A DNA stretch of 64,000 nt from Candidatus Marinacidobacterales bacterium (GTDB lineage: Bacteria; Acidobacteriota; Vicinamibacteria; Marinacidobacterales; SMYC01), in assembly GCA_965224085.1 (NCBI GenBank), contig CBDCYI010000005.1, positions 1,280,001 to 1,344,000 on the forward strand, in the 5' to 3' direction. Position 1 is the first letter of the stretch, and each line of letters begins with the position of its first letter. Shown in pieces: positions 18,616-28,538 of the stretch. A model generated the notes under the pieces. It had not been told where the DNA came from and made no database searches. It worked only from the letters and a program-made list of their open reading frames with translations. The translations under genes and the position numbers were made by a program.

Positions 18616-19487
18616 GGTATTGTCAAGTTGACGTTGAGCGAGCGAACCTATTGCGTCGAGCTGATTTCCTTTGCTCTCATCGGACGGCACAGGTTACCTC
18701 CTGCCAGACGATGAAAGCGCGGTCTCGTAGCTCCCGATGATGATGCGCTTGCAACAAATGCCGTCCGACGCGAAAGAGGTTTTGCACGAGTCCATGCACG
18801 GTCAAGAATCGTTGCGCCTGTCCCGGAGTCTTAAACTTCCGCATCTGTCGTTCCCGTTGTCGCGTCGGCTCGTGCGAGACTTCGGCTAGATTGTTTCTGT
18901 ACTGGTCAGTGTCGTGGACGACGGACGGCATGACCTCGCGGTGAGCGGCGCTGTAGCTTCTCAGTTTGTCGGTGACCAGCTGCCAGGGCGGACGGCCTTG
19001 CCCCTTCAACAGCTTGCGGAAGAATCGTTTGGCGGCTTTCTGATCACGGCGAAGCTGGACGAGGATATCGATTACATCACCATCTTGGTCTACCGCGCGC
19101 CAGAGGTATTGGCGTTCACCTTGTATCTTTATGAAGACCTCGTCCAGGTGCCATGTGTCACCGAGACGACCCTGCCGACGCTTCAGTCGCCGAGCGTATT
19201 CCGGCCCGAACTTAATGCACCACAGTCGGACCGCTTCGTAAGAAACTGTGATGCCTCGCTGAGCGAGCAGCTCTTCGACGTTTCGAAAGCTCACGCAGAA
19301 TCGGTGGTAGAGCCAGACGGCGTGGCTGATGATTTCCGGTGGAAATCGATAGCCGTGGTAGCTTGGCGCATCGGTCTTCATTGGACCATTCTGTCAGTCA
19401 CCAGCTCAATTTGACAGCAATGGCACCGCCCGTGCGGGCGGAGGTCATCGGGGAGTGACCGAAATCGTTCGTTCACTCGAAAGTACC
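18616..19487 (-). mobile_element. IS6 family element (copy 2, intact)
   Basis: 872 bp, ends GGTATTGTCAAG… and GGTACTTTCGAG…; identity to copy 1. Confidence 0.92.
18677..19381 (-). CDS. IS6 family transposase, 234 aa
   Basis: WHLDE, VTDK, NNLAEVSH DDE motif. Confidence 0.93.
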   Translation of the reverse strand: MKTDAPSYHGYRFPPEIISHAVWLYHRFCVSFRNVEELLAQRGITVSYEAVRLWCIKFGPEYARRLKRRQGRLGDTWHLDEVFIKIQGERQYLWRAVDQDGDVIDILVQLRRDQKAAKRFFRKLLKGQGRPPWQLVTDKLRSYSAAHREVMPSVVHDTDQYRNNLAEVSHEPTRQRERQMRKFKTPGQAQRFLTVHGLVQNLFRVGRHLLQAHHHRELRDRAFIVWQEVTCAVR

Positions 19488-19683
19488 TACAGCTGGGTTC
19501 TGGGCGGACCAAGCGCGTCGTCACGCGCGGCACCGCTCGCGCCAACTCGATCCTGACTGCACTCGGAATCGTTGAACGCGACCCGCCAGCCTTCTCCGAG
19601 GAGGTGCTGTCAGCGTAGAGACAAACCGCGGATCTCAGTCCTTTGTTTATGATGACTTAGAGACCTAAAAGGAAAACATGGGC
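19488..19683 (+). mobile_element. 3' remnant of IS1634-like element
   Basis: C-terminal peptide …TRGTARANSILTALGIVERDPP…* then end-like AAACATGGG. Confidence 0.5.
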
Positions 19684-19735
19684 TAGAATTCCCGTTACCT
19701 ACCTACTCATCTTCCTTCGTTACATAGCAGCAAAG

Positions 19736-20127
19736 TGTCAATGCCCGCGCCGACCGTGGTTCCCCTAAGTGATGCAAAAAGGGGGTACCTGAGGTATGGA
19801 CCAAGCCGCGAAAGCGCCTCCTGCCGCGATTCTCGCGGTCGTTTCGTCGACTCATGGGGAGATCATGCCTTTTCCCTGTTTTGTGCCGTCTTGGCCGCTC
19901 TCGCTTTGTTGTTCTTCGATTGCTCGAGTCGATAGCTCGCAACGTTGAGTTCCAAGATGATGCTGTGGTGTACGAGCCGGTCGATCGCCGCGGCCGTCGT
20001 CATGGGGTCCTTGAAGATCTTCTCCCATTTCGAGAACGGCAGATTGCTCGTGAGGATGATGCTGCCTCGTTCGTAGCGCTCGGCCAACAGCGTGAACAGG
20101 GCCTCCATCTCTTCGCGATCTTGCTGC
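19736..20127 (-). mobile_element. istB: IS21 family remnant: istB C-terminus and right end
   Basis: LFTLLAERYERGSIILTSNLPF.KW…AAIDRLVHH; TGTCAA terminal dinucleotide end at 19736. Confidence 0.85.
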
Positions 20128-21174
20128 TGTCCCTCAACAATAAAGGTCCGCGTTTTGGAATCAGAGGCTTACGAGCCCCACTCGATTCGGTCCAGGAACG
20201 CATTTCGCCACTTGAGATCTCGCAGCTGGGCGCACAAACTGCGCGGCGCTATGCTCCGCATTCTTGTCTTCATCGTCTCGCTCGTAGTCCGAGCAGTCTG
20301 TCGTCGTAAGGCCGACCTCGTGCTCGAGAATCTCGCCCTTCGGCAACAAGTGACGGCGCTCAAGAAGGAGCGGCCCCGCCCATCGTTAGACGACGTCGAC
20401 CGCGCCTTCTGGGTCGCACTTCGTGCCTCCTGGCCCTCGTGGGCAAGTCGGCTCGTGATCGTCAACGCCGACACCGTGGCGCGCTGGCATCGAGAACGAT
20501 TCCGTCGATACTGGGCGAAGATCTCGCGTCGTCGCTATCCGGGACGGCCTCGTATCGAGGCAGAGATTCGCGAGCTCATTCGCACTATGGCGCAAGACGG
20601 CTGGGGCGCTCCGCGCATCCACGCCGAGTTCATGAAGCTCGGATTTGCCGTCTCCGAGATGACGGTGTCGCGATACCTGCCGCGGCGCCCAGCCGAGCCC
20701 GACCAGGTGAAGCGATGGGTCGCGTTCTTGCGCAATCACAGGAACGACATCGCTGCGATGGATCTGTTCACCGTTCCGACGGCGTCGCTCCGGCTCCTTT
20801 ACGGTTTCTTCGTCATCGAGCACGGCCGGCGACACATTGTTCACTTCAACGCTACATTCCATCCGACGGCGGCATGGGTGATGCAGCAACTGCGCGACGC
20901 TTTTCCGTACGACAGCGCCCCGAGGTATTTGATCTTCGATCGCGACTCTATCTTCAGCCCGGCCGTCGTTCGGTTCGTCAGGGCGCGCGGCATCAAACCC
21001 AAGCGCACGTCGTATCGAAGCCCATGGCAGAACGGAACGGCCGAACGTTGGATCGGGAATTGTCGGCGCGAGATCCTCGAACACGTTGTCGTCTTCGGCG
21101 AGCACCATCTCGTGCGGCTCATGCGCTTGTATCTTAGCTACTACCACGAGGACCGGGTAGTGGGGTCTTTTTAA
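20128..21174 (+). mobile_element. Integrase-core (rve) transposase element, C-terminally truncated (CDS from ATG 20251)
   Basis: LENLALRQQ, WGAPRIHAE, AAMDLF, LIFDRD, SPWQNGTAER; TGT start; reading stops after YYHEDR. Confidence 0.8.
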
Positions 21175-21188
21175 AAGACCCCACTACC
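21156..21188. repeat. Perfect 16-bp-arm palindrome (GTAG-type REP-like)
   Basis: GGTAGTGGGGTCTTTT-T-AAAAGACCCCACTACC. Confidence 0.75.
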
Positions 21189-21242
21189 GCATTCAGGTTC
21201 CTCTTGCGGAATCCAGCGGAATGCTGGATGCTGCATGCTGAA

Positions 21243-22637
21243 ATGACGACAGAGCAAGACATTCTCGACAAGTTATCGGCGGTGCGGGACCCGGATCTCG
21301 GGCGGGACATCGTCTCTCTCGGATACGCCAAGAACATTCGGGTTTGCGCGCCCATTGTGAGCTGCGATATCGAGCTTCTGAACCCTGCGAGCGAAGCGAA
21401 GGATCACATCAAGGCCGAAGCTACCCAGGCGCTCCTGGAGCTTCCCGAGATCGATGAGGCCAACGTCAACTTGACGTGGCAGGTGAGCGCCTCGCCTGAA
21501 GGCGTTCAGCGCACGTTGCCTGGTGGTCAAGTTGCTCCGGCGCCGCAGAAGCCCGCTGGCGTAAAAAACCTGATCGCGGTTGCGTCGGGGAAGGGCGGCG
21601 TGGGCAAGTCCACCGTGGCTACCAACCTTGCCGTCGCGCTTCACCAAACGGGAGCAAGCGTGGGGCTTCTGGACGCGGACGTCTACGGGCCGTCGCAAGG
21701 CACGATGTTCGGGCTCGACCGGCGCGCGGAGGCCGATGAGAACCAGCGTTTGATCCCTCTCGAATCGCACGGCGTGCGCATCATGTCCATGGGGCTTTTG
21801 ACGACCAAGGAAACGCCTGTGATCTGGCGCGGTCCGATGGCGTCGCGGCTCATCCAGCAGTTTCTGTCGGGTGTCGCTTGGGGTGAGCTCGACTATCTCA
21901 TCATCGATTTGCCCCCAGGGACGGGTGACGTCCAGCTCACGTTGACGCAAAGTGTCCCGCTCACTGGAGCCGTGATCGTGACGACGCCTCAGGATGTCGC
22001 GCGGACGATCGCCGAGAAAGGGCTGCGCATGTTCCGGCCGGTCCAAGTCCCGGTGCTCGGCGTGATCGAGAACATGAGCTTTTTCGTCTGTTCCCATTGC
22101 GACGAGAAGACGCATATCTTCAGCCAGGGTGGCGGCGAGCGAATCAGCCAGGAGCTCGGCATCCCCTTTCTCGGAGGGATCCCGATCGATCCCGAAGTCG
22201 TACGCTCGGGCGACGAGGGCGAGCCAATCGTGGCCCGTCAGCCCGATGCGCCGGCCTCAGTGGCCTATCGCGAGATCGCCGCGCGCGTTGCAGCGGCCAT
22301 AGCGCGCGCCAACTATGAAAGTGCCTCCGCCGATCGGCCCAAAGAGATCATGGAAGGCGACGGAAAGCTCAAGATCGTCTGGGCCGATGACTCGGAGTCC
22401 GTTTTTCCGTTCGACTTCCTCCGCAATCACTGTCCGTGCGCGGTCTGTGTCGACGAATGGACCGGCAAGCGCACGAGCTTGATTCTGCTCCTACCAACCA
22501 ACTTCCGCCCGATGACGGTCGAACCCGTTGGGAACTATGCGATCCAGATCGCGTGGTCCGATGGACACAATACGGGCATTTATAGTTTCAAGGGGTTGAA
22601 GGAGCTCGAACGCGAGCTCGAAGCAAGAAAGACCTAG
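21243..22637 (+). CDS. mrp: Mrp/NBP35 (ApbC) Fe-S carrier ATPase with N-terminal DUF59 and C-terminal DUF971-like domain
   Basis: DPDLGRDIVSLG, ASGKGGVGKST, DADVYGPS, DLPPGTGD, ENMS..CxxC; C-term LRNHCPCAVC…VGNYAI.I.WSDGH.TGIY. Confidence 0.9.
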   Translation: MTTEQDILDKLSAVRDPDLGRDIVSLGYAKNIRVCAPIVSCDIELLNPASEAKDHIKAEATQALLELPEIDEANVNLTWQVSASPEGVQRTLPGGQVAPAPQKPAGVKNLIAVASGKGGVGKSTVATNLAVALHQTGASVGLLDADVYGPSQGTMFGLDRRAEADENQRLIPLESHGVRIMSMGLLTTKETPVIWRGPMASRLIQQFLSGVAWGELDYLIIDLPPGTGDVQLTLTQSVPLTGAVIVTTPQDVARTIAEKGLRMFRPVQVPVLGVIENMSFFVCSHCDEKTHIFSQGGGERISQELGIPFLGGIPIDPEVVRSGDEGEPIVARQPDAPASVAYREIAARVAAAIARANYESASADRPKEIMEGDGKLKIVWADDSESVFPFDFLRNHCPCAVCVDEWTGKRTSLILLLPTNFRPMTVEPVGNYAIQIAWSDGHNTGIYSFKGLKELERELEARKT

Positions 22638-22639
22638 CA

Positions 22640-22780
22640 TTGAGGGCGTCCCTGGCCGGAGCTTTCGCGGCCGCGGCAACGCTACTCGCGATGATCGGGC
22701 TCTACGGTGTCCTCGAGAGCTACATACCCGCCCGAAGAGCGACACTCGTCGATCCAAACGTCGCACTACGGCACGAATAA
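22640..22780 (+). pseudogene. Internally deleted C-terminal remnant of ADOP/FtsX-like ABC permease
   Basis: LLAMIGLYGVLESY fused directly to IPARRATLVDPNVALRHE*. Confidence 0.65.
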
Positions 22781-22797
22781 GATTGAGGGCTAGCTCG

Positions 22798-22864
22798 GGG
22801 GGAGATCTTCACAGCGACGTCCCGTTCTGGGCGAGTATCCCGAGCCCCCGCGGAACTGCCCCAT
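22798..22864 (-). pseudogene. Degenerate N-terminal fragment of Ser/Thr protein kinase
   Basis: MG…/GARDTRPERDVAVKISP resembles MGEVYRARDTRLxRDVAIKVLP; frameshifted. Confidence 0.5.
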
Positions 22865-22958
22865 CGAGTTGTCGCCGTGCCGGCGCGTGTTTGAACCCTG
22901 CACCCCCGTGGAACTATAATCCTGGAGTTATCATTCGTTCGATACTTAGGAGGACGCC

Positions 22959-23540
22959 ATGAAGCGCCTCGAATTTTTACTACTGGCCTCGTTTGTTGGA
23001 ATCGGACTGCTTGCCGTCGGCTGCGGAGGAAGCGGCGACACCGGGGGGGCGGCCCCGCAGGATCAGCCCGCGGCATCCGCGCCTGCCGAAGCGGGTGAGC
23101 CAACCTCGGAACGGGCATCCGCCACCGAGCCCTCGGAAGCTCGCGCCGGAGATCAAGGCGCCGCCGAGGGCAAGCGGCCTGCTCGGAGGAGGCGGATATC
23201 AAGGCCTCCGCCGGTACGCGGCGTCGCGAGCGTTCGGATCGTCACCGAGACAAAGGTCGAAGGCAACGAGGTGATCAGCACGATCCGGGCGCGCAACATG
23301 TCGAGGGGCTCGATAACGCGGTTTACCGCGTCGGAGTACTGGTACGACGATCAGGGCAACGCCACGCCGGGTGGCTCGCGGACGTACCGAAAACCGTTCT
23401 TGCCGGGCGAGGTTATAGAGCTAGAGCTGCGAACGGGCAAGAACGAAAATTTCTACCAGAACCAGTTCGAGTTCTCGCACGCGAACGGCGACATCCGGGC
23501 CACGGTCGTCAAGAGCCTCCCGAAGCCGGGCGCAGAGTAA
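22959..23540 (+). CDS. Hypothetical lipoprotein
   Basis: AGGAGG RBS, lipobox LAVGC, Pro/Ala linker, beta-rich C-domain. Confidence 0.75.
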   Translation: MKRLEFLLLASFVGIGLLAVGCGGSGDTGGAAPQDQPAASAPAEAGEPTSERASATEPSEARAGDQGAAEGKRPARRRRISRPPPVRGVASVRIVTETKVEGNEVISTIRARNMSRGSITRFTASEYWYDDQGNATPGGSRTYRKPFLPGEVIELELRTGKNENFYQNQFEFSHANGDIRATVVKSLPKPGAE

Positions 23541-23773
23541 CGCGACCACACGGTCGAGGGTGGCAGAACCGCTCGCGTAGGTCGCAGGAAACGGAGCGGG
23601 TTTGGTGTTGCGCCGCACGGCCACGGGCGTCATCTCCGTCTAGCGGACGTGCTCTCATCGCGAAGGCGCAGAACCGTGGTTCCCGGACGGCGTCCGCAAA
23701 GCTGATACCTGGTCACTGAAAGTTGCGTCGGAGTCCCGACTCTTTCGCTTGCGGCTCGGCTGCGCCAGACCGC

Positions 23774-24457
23774 CTAGGTCGGTGCCTTTTCCTGGATGTC
23801 GACGATGATCCAGCGCGCAGGCTCGGTGCGATCGCCCAGCGGACCGGAGAGGTCGTACTTTCGAAGCGTAACATTATAGGGCTTCTCGTCGGCATCTGGG
23901 AATTGGAGCATGAGCAGCATTTCCGTCACCGCGACGTCTCCATTGAAATCCTCGAGGGCCACCTGTCTGATGACTGATCTAGTGACGAGCTTGGTTTCGT
24001 CGTCGACGGCCCGCTTGGTCTCTTGAAATGCGCGTTCCTTCACTTTGCGCGCTTCAACCAGCTTCAACCACTCTTCTTGAGTCTCACCAAGCGCTCCGCG
24101 GAACTCGAACTCTGAGTCCTCTTGGAGCTTCGGGATGATTTTTGCGAGAGCCTCTTCGTTGTCGGCGCGAAACGTTTTGCCTTCCTCCAAGGTAGCCTCT
24201 CGTTCCTTCTCGGCGGCCTCAAACCGAACGCGAAGCTCCGGCAACGCGAAAGGCTCCGTCGATCGGGAGCTGACCTCGACCAACTGCCACGACTCGACCT
24301 CCCCGGGAGGGCTGACGGCCGACATGGCAGCAACGGTGGCCGTGTCGTTGGTCCGGGCGGCACGGAAGAATTGTTCGATGGTCGCTTGCTCCGGGCTACC
24401 GCAGGCCCAGAGGCACGCTAGCGTCGCACCTACTACCCATTCCCTGAGCTTCGTCAT
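23774..24457 (-). CDS. Hypothetical lipoprotein
   Basis: AAGGAGG RBS, lipobox LWAC, coiled-coil middle. Confidence 0.75.
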   Translation of the reverse strand: MTKLREWVVGATLACLWACGSPEQATIEQFFRAARTNDTATVAAMSAVSPPGEVESWQLVEVSSRSTEPFALPELRVRFEAAEKEREATLEEGKTFRADNEEALAKIIPKLQEDSEFEFRGALGETQEEWLKLVEARKVKERAFQETKRAVDDETKLVTRSVIRQVALEDFNGDVAVTEMLLMLQFPDADEKPYNVTLRKYDLSGPLGDRTEPARWIIVDIQEKAPT

Positions 24458-24650
24458 CTGATCCTCCTTTTGGAAAGCAGACAGAAGCGTGTAAAACGAG
24501 CGGGCATTATAACAGATAGGAACGGATTGGAAATCTTGTCCGGGGATGGAGGGTGTCACGCTCTGTAGATGCGCGCCGGCGGTCCCTCCCAACGACAAAC
24601 TCATTAGCTACGCCTCGCGGCTGGCGATAGGCCCATCAGGCAGGCTCGTC

Positions 24651-25031
24651 TCAGTCTGCCGCGATGACCTCGATCTCGATCCGCGCGTCGCGCGGCAAGC
24701 GTGCGGGTTGGACGGCGGCGCGAGCTGGCGGCGTTCCATCCGTGAAATAGGTTCCGTCGACCTTGTTCATCGCCGTGAAGTCCCCCATGTCGGCGAGGTA
24801 AATATTCGTCTTCACGATGTTTCTTGCCGTCATGCCGCCCGCTTCCAAAATGGCGAGAACGCTGTCCATCGCGCGCCGCGTGAGTGCTTGGATGTCACCT
24901 TCGATCATCTCAGCCGTTGCCGGATCGAAGGGGACTTGGCCCGATACGAAGACGAGGTTTCCAGTGCGTATCGCTTGAGAATAGGGCCCGATTGGGGCCG
25001 GTGCTTTTTCGCTCTGAATCGCTTCTTTCAT
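24651..25031 (-). CDS. ridA: RidA/YjgF family enamine deaminase
   Basis: PIGPYSQA, VSGQ, PAR, LPRDARIEIE. Confidence 0.92.
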   Translation of the reverse strand: MKEAIQSEKAPAPIGPYSQAIRTGNLVFVSGQVPFDPATAEMIEGDIQALTRRAMDSVLAILEAGGMTARNIVKTNIYLADMGDFTAMNKVDGTYFTDGTPPARAAVQPARLPRDARIEIEVIAAD

Positions 25032-27223
25032 GCCATTGTGCTCCTGTCAGGGTCTTTGTTCGATTCTTTGTTCGAGCTTGGCCGCGCTACGCCGAGGACG
25101 CCGTCCACCTCCCGGATGGATTTGGTAATGCGCTCGAGCTCCTTGACGTTCGAGATCGAGACCGTGACGTCGATAGCACCTTTTTGATCTTCGAACGTCT
25201 TGGCCTCGACGGTACGGATATCGGTATTCGTGTCTGCGATGATCGATGTGATGTCGGCGAGTATGCCCTTGCGGTCTTCCACGTTGACCGAAAGCGTGAT
25301 GTCGTATTTCGTGCCTTTCTCGGCTTCCCAGGACACATCGATGCGGCGCTCCGGGTCCACCATCAAGTTGAGCAGGTTCGGACAATTGACCGAGTGGACC
25401 GAAACGCCTTTGCCGCGGGTGATGTAGCCGGTGATGCTCTCGCCCGGTACCGGGTTACAGCAATTGGCGCGGTAGACCATGAGGTCGTCCATCCCGTTGA
25501 CTTTGATCTTGTCCTCTCCACCGCGCAGCACGCGCCGCACAGCACGGGCGAGGCTCGCACCGGCACCTGCTTTCTCGTCGAGCTGATCGGCGGGGATGAG
25601 GCGCGCGAGCACGTTGCGCGGGGACAGCTTGCCGTAGCCCACGGCCGCGTAGAGATCGTCGGTCTTGCTGAAGCCGTAATCCTTCAGCGCGTCCGCGAAC
25701 TGTTTCGACGCGGTCGCTTGCTTGAGATTGACCGAGCCTCGGCCGGCCTCTTTTTCGAGAAGCTTCCGGCCGATCTCAATGCTTCGGTTCTTCTCCGTCG
25801 CGTTTAAATACGTCCGGATCTTGTTCCTCGCGCGTGATGTGGCGACGAAGCTCAGCCAATCGCGGCTCGGCTTGTGTCCTCGCGCCGTGAGGACTTCGAC
25901 GATATCGCCGTTTTTGAGCTGGTAGCGGAGCGGCACCATCAGGCCGTTGACGCGCGAGCCGACGCATTGATTCCCCACGTCGGTATGGATGGAATAGGCG
26001 AAGTCGACGGGTGTGGCGCCGCGCGGAAAAGATTTTACGTCCCCCTTGGGCGTGAAGCAGAAGACGTCTTCTGGATAGAGGTCGACTTTGAGCTCGTTCA
26101 AGAACTCGTGCGGATCGTCGACTTCGAGCTGCCAGTCCAGTATCTGGCGAAGCCATGCGAAGTTCTTGACGTCGTCTTCTTCGAAGGGGCGGCCTTCTTT
26201 GTATTTCCAATGTGCCGCGATACCTTGTTCGGCGACTTTGTGCATTTCCGGTGTTCGAATCTGCACCTCGAAAGGCGCACCGGAATCCGTGATGACGCTC
26301 GTGTGAAGCGAGCGGTAGCCGTTCGGGCGAGGCATCGCGATGAAATCTTTGATCCGTCCCGGGACCGGGCGCCATGTGTTGTGAATGATTCCGAGTGTGC
26401 CGTAGCAGTCCTTTATGCTATCCGTAACGATCCGCAAAGCGATGAAGTCGTAGACCTGATCGAGCTCGATGCGTTGGCGCTTCATTTTCTGGTGGATGCT
26501 GTAAATGTTCTTGGTTCGCCCCTGGATCTCTGCCTCGATGCCGTTATCGCTCAGCGTTTTCTCGAGCTTGCCTTGGATTTCGGTGATGAAGTCCTGGGCC
26601 CATTTGCGCTTGGCGTCTACGCGGGCGACGAGGATGCCGTAAGCTTTCGACTCGAGGTTTTTGAGGCAGAGCTCCTCGAGCTCGGACTTGATTCTTCCTA
26701 TCCCGAGCCGGCTGGCAAGCGGAGCGTAAATTTCGAGCGTCTCGTTTGCGATGCGCACCCGGCGCTCCTCGGAGAGATGTTGCAACGTGCGCATGTTGTG
26801 CAAGCGGTCGGCGAGCTTGATGAGGATGATCCGGATGTCGTCCACCATCGCCATCAGCATCTTTCGGAAGTTCTCGGCTTGGTGCTCCTCGACCGAAGAG
26901 AAGTTCATCTTGCTGATTTTCGTCAGCCCGTCGATGATGTGCGCGACTTCCTTGCCGAAGTACTCCTCGACGGTCTCGCTCGTCGTGAGCGTGTCTTCGA
27001 CGACGTCGTGCAAAAGGCCGCAGACCACGCAGACGATGTCGAGCTGCATCTCCGCGAGGATGTTCGCCACCTCGAGCGGGTGGATGAGGTAGGGCTCTCC
27101 CGACTTGCGCAGCTGCCCTCGGTGCTCACGCGCGGAAAAGACATACGCGCGGCGAAGGAGGTCGATGTCTCCGTCGGGCTGGTACGCGCGGACCTTTTCC
27201 AGGATATTCTCGAAGCGGATCAT
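25028..27223 (-). CDS. relA: Bifunctional (p)ppGpp synthetase/hydrolase (HD-SYNTH-TGS-ACT)
   Basis: RKSGEPYLIHP, LHDVVED, KLADRLHNMRT, YRSLHT, FAYSIHT, C-terminal ACT. Confidence 0.96.
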   Translation of the reverse strand: MIRFENILEKVRAYQPDGDIDLLRRAYVFSAREHRGQLRKSGEPYLIHPLEVANILAEMQLDIVCVVCGLLHDVVEDTLTTSETVEEYFGKEVAHIIDGLTKISKMNFSSVEEHQAENFRKMLMAMVDDIRIILIKLADRLHNMRTLQHLSEERRVRIANETLEIYAPLASRLGIGRIKSELEELCLKNLESKAYGILVARVDAKRKWAQDFITEIQGKLEKTLSDNGIEAEIQGRTKNIYSIHQKMKRQRIELDQVYDFIALRIVTDSIKDCYGTLGIIHNTWRPVPGRIKDFIAMPRPNGYRSLHTSVITDSGAPFEVQIRTPEMHKVAEQGIAAHWKYKEGRPFEEDDVKNFAWLRQILDWQLEVDDPHEFLNELKVDLYPEDVFCFTPKGDVKSFPRGATPVDFAYSIHTDVGNQCVGSRVNGLMVPLRYQLKNGDIVEVLTARGHKPSRDWLSFVATSRARNKIRTYLNATEKNRSIEIGRKLLEKEAGRGSVNLKQATASKQFADALKDYGFSKTDDLYAAVGYGKLSPRNVLARLIPADQLDEKAGAGASLARAVRRVLRGGEDKIKVNGMDDLMVYRANCCNPVPGESITGYITRGKGVSVHSVNCPNLLNLMVDPERRIDVSWEAEKGTKYDITLSVNVEDRKGILADITSIIADTNTDIRTVEAKTFEDQKGAIDVTVSISNVKELERITKSIREVDGVLGVARPSSNKESNKDPDRSTMA

Positions 27224-27429
27224 CGGCGTTCGGGAAAAGGGGTCAATAATCTAATAATGGCCAAAAACTCGATCCGTGTCCATGATAGGCTTGGCGGCAG
27301 CGGAGGATCAAGGGCGGAGCGTCAAGAGGCCGCCGATCTCGTATTGGAGATTCTTGACTTGAATTGAGAGCCCATAATATACTGCGTTCCCCAGTTTGAT
27401 AGTGCCATAGGAAGAGGGGGTTTTTCGAG

Positions 27430-28464
27430 ATGCGGAGCCGAATCGCATTCGTAATACTAATTTTGATCGCGCTGAATGGCTGCGGCGTGCAAGACAGTTG
27501 GAACATGCTCAAGTCGCGCCGCGCGTTCAAACAGGCGAATCTGGCCTATGCCGGCAGGGACTATGAGAAGGCCATCGACTTGTACAACGCCACGCTGGAG
27601 CTGGACAGGAATCCGGACCCCCGTGTGCTCGTCACGTCGGTCTTCTATCGGGGTAGTAGTCACCACCTGATCTACCGCCCCGGCCGTTTCGACGACCCTG
27701 AGAACGAGGACCACTTGGATGCCGGAATCGGGGATTACGAGGAAGCTATAGAGCTGGCTCGGGAGCACGGTGAGGAGTACGAGATGCTGCAGGTCTATCA
27801 GCAGTATTCAATGGAGCAGCTCGCGGCCATCTATCGTGACAATCTAGACGACTTCGAGAACGCGGTGCGTTACTTCAAGGGGCTCATCGAGATCGATATC
27901 GAAACCCCAGAGCGCTACTACGCGCTCGCGGATGTCTACGAGCGCTTTCACGACCCCGAGGCGATGCCTTTGCTCGAGCAAGCCATCGAGGCTTACAAGA
28001 CACCGGTCGAGATGAGCCCGGACGATCCCCTCGGCTATCGCCAGGTCGCCAATCTCCTCAACAAATATGGTCGTTTCGACGAGACGATGGACTGGCTCGC
28101 CAAGGCGCGCGACGTCCACGCGGCCGATCCGGAAGGGTACTACCTCATCGCCGTTCACTACTGGGACAAGGTGTATCGGGACCCGGATCTGATCACAAAT
28201 GACAAGGTCGACTTTATCGAGCGCGGGATCGCCCAGCTCGACCAGGCACTCGAGATCGATGGCGAGTACGTGGACGCCCTGATCTACAAGAACCTGCTCC
28301 TGCGCGAGAAAGCCAAAGTCATGCCGAGGGAGGCCGAAGCCCTGACCGCGGAAGCGAACGTGCTTCGCGACCGCGCTTTGGAGCTCCGCGTGGCGCAGGA
28401 AGAAATTGAACGGGCAGCTAAGGCGGCAGCAGCCGAAGCGGCCGCTCGCGAGCCGAGCAACTAA
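27430..28464 (+). CDS. Tetratricopeptide-repeat lipoprotein
   Basis: Lipobox LNGC, repeated TPR-like helices. Confidence 0.8.
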   Translation: MRSRIAFVILILIALNGCGVQDSWNMLKSRRAFKQANLAYAGRDYEKAIDLYNATLELDRNPDPRVLVTSVFYRGSSHHLIYRPGRFDDPENEDHLDAGIGDYEEAIELAREHGEEYEMLQVYQQYSMEQLAAIYRDNLDDFENAVRYFKGLIEIDIETPERYYALADVYERFHDPEAMPLLEQAIEAYKTPVEMSPDDPLGYRQVANLLNKYGRFDETMDWLAKARDVHAADPEGYYLIAVHYWDKVYRDPDLITNDKVDFIERGIAQLDQALEIDGEYVDALIYKNLLLREKAKVMPREAEALTAEANVLRDRALELRVAQEEIERAAKAAAAEAAAREPSN

Positions 28465-28538
28465 AGCCGTTTGTAACCCTCTTCTTCTGGCGAGGCCGCG
28501 ATTCTTAGAGTCGCGGCCTCGCCTTGTTCGTTTGGGCC

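Noticed and set aside
9430-19495. Intact, recently transposed IS6 composite transposon
   Set aside because: No matching 8-bp TSD at any pair of ends, copies have diverged and one is broken; kept only as a rearrangement/HGT hypothesis
25874-27367. 497-aa plus-strand ORF
   Set aside because: Antisense shadow of relA in GC-rich DNA; no motifs
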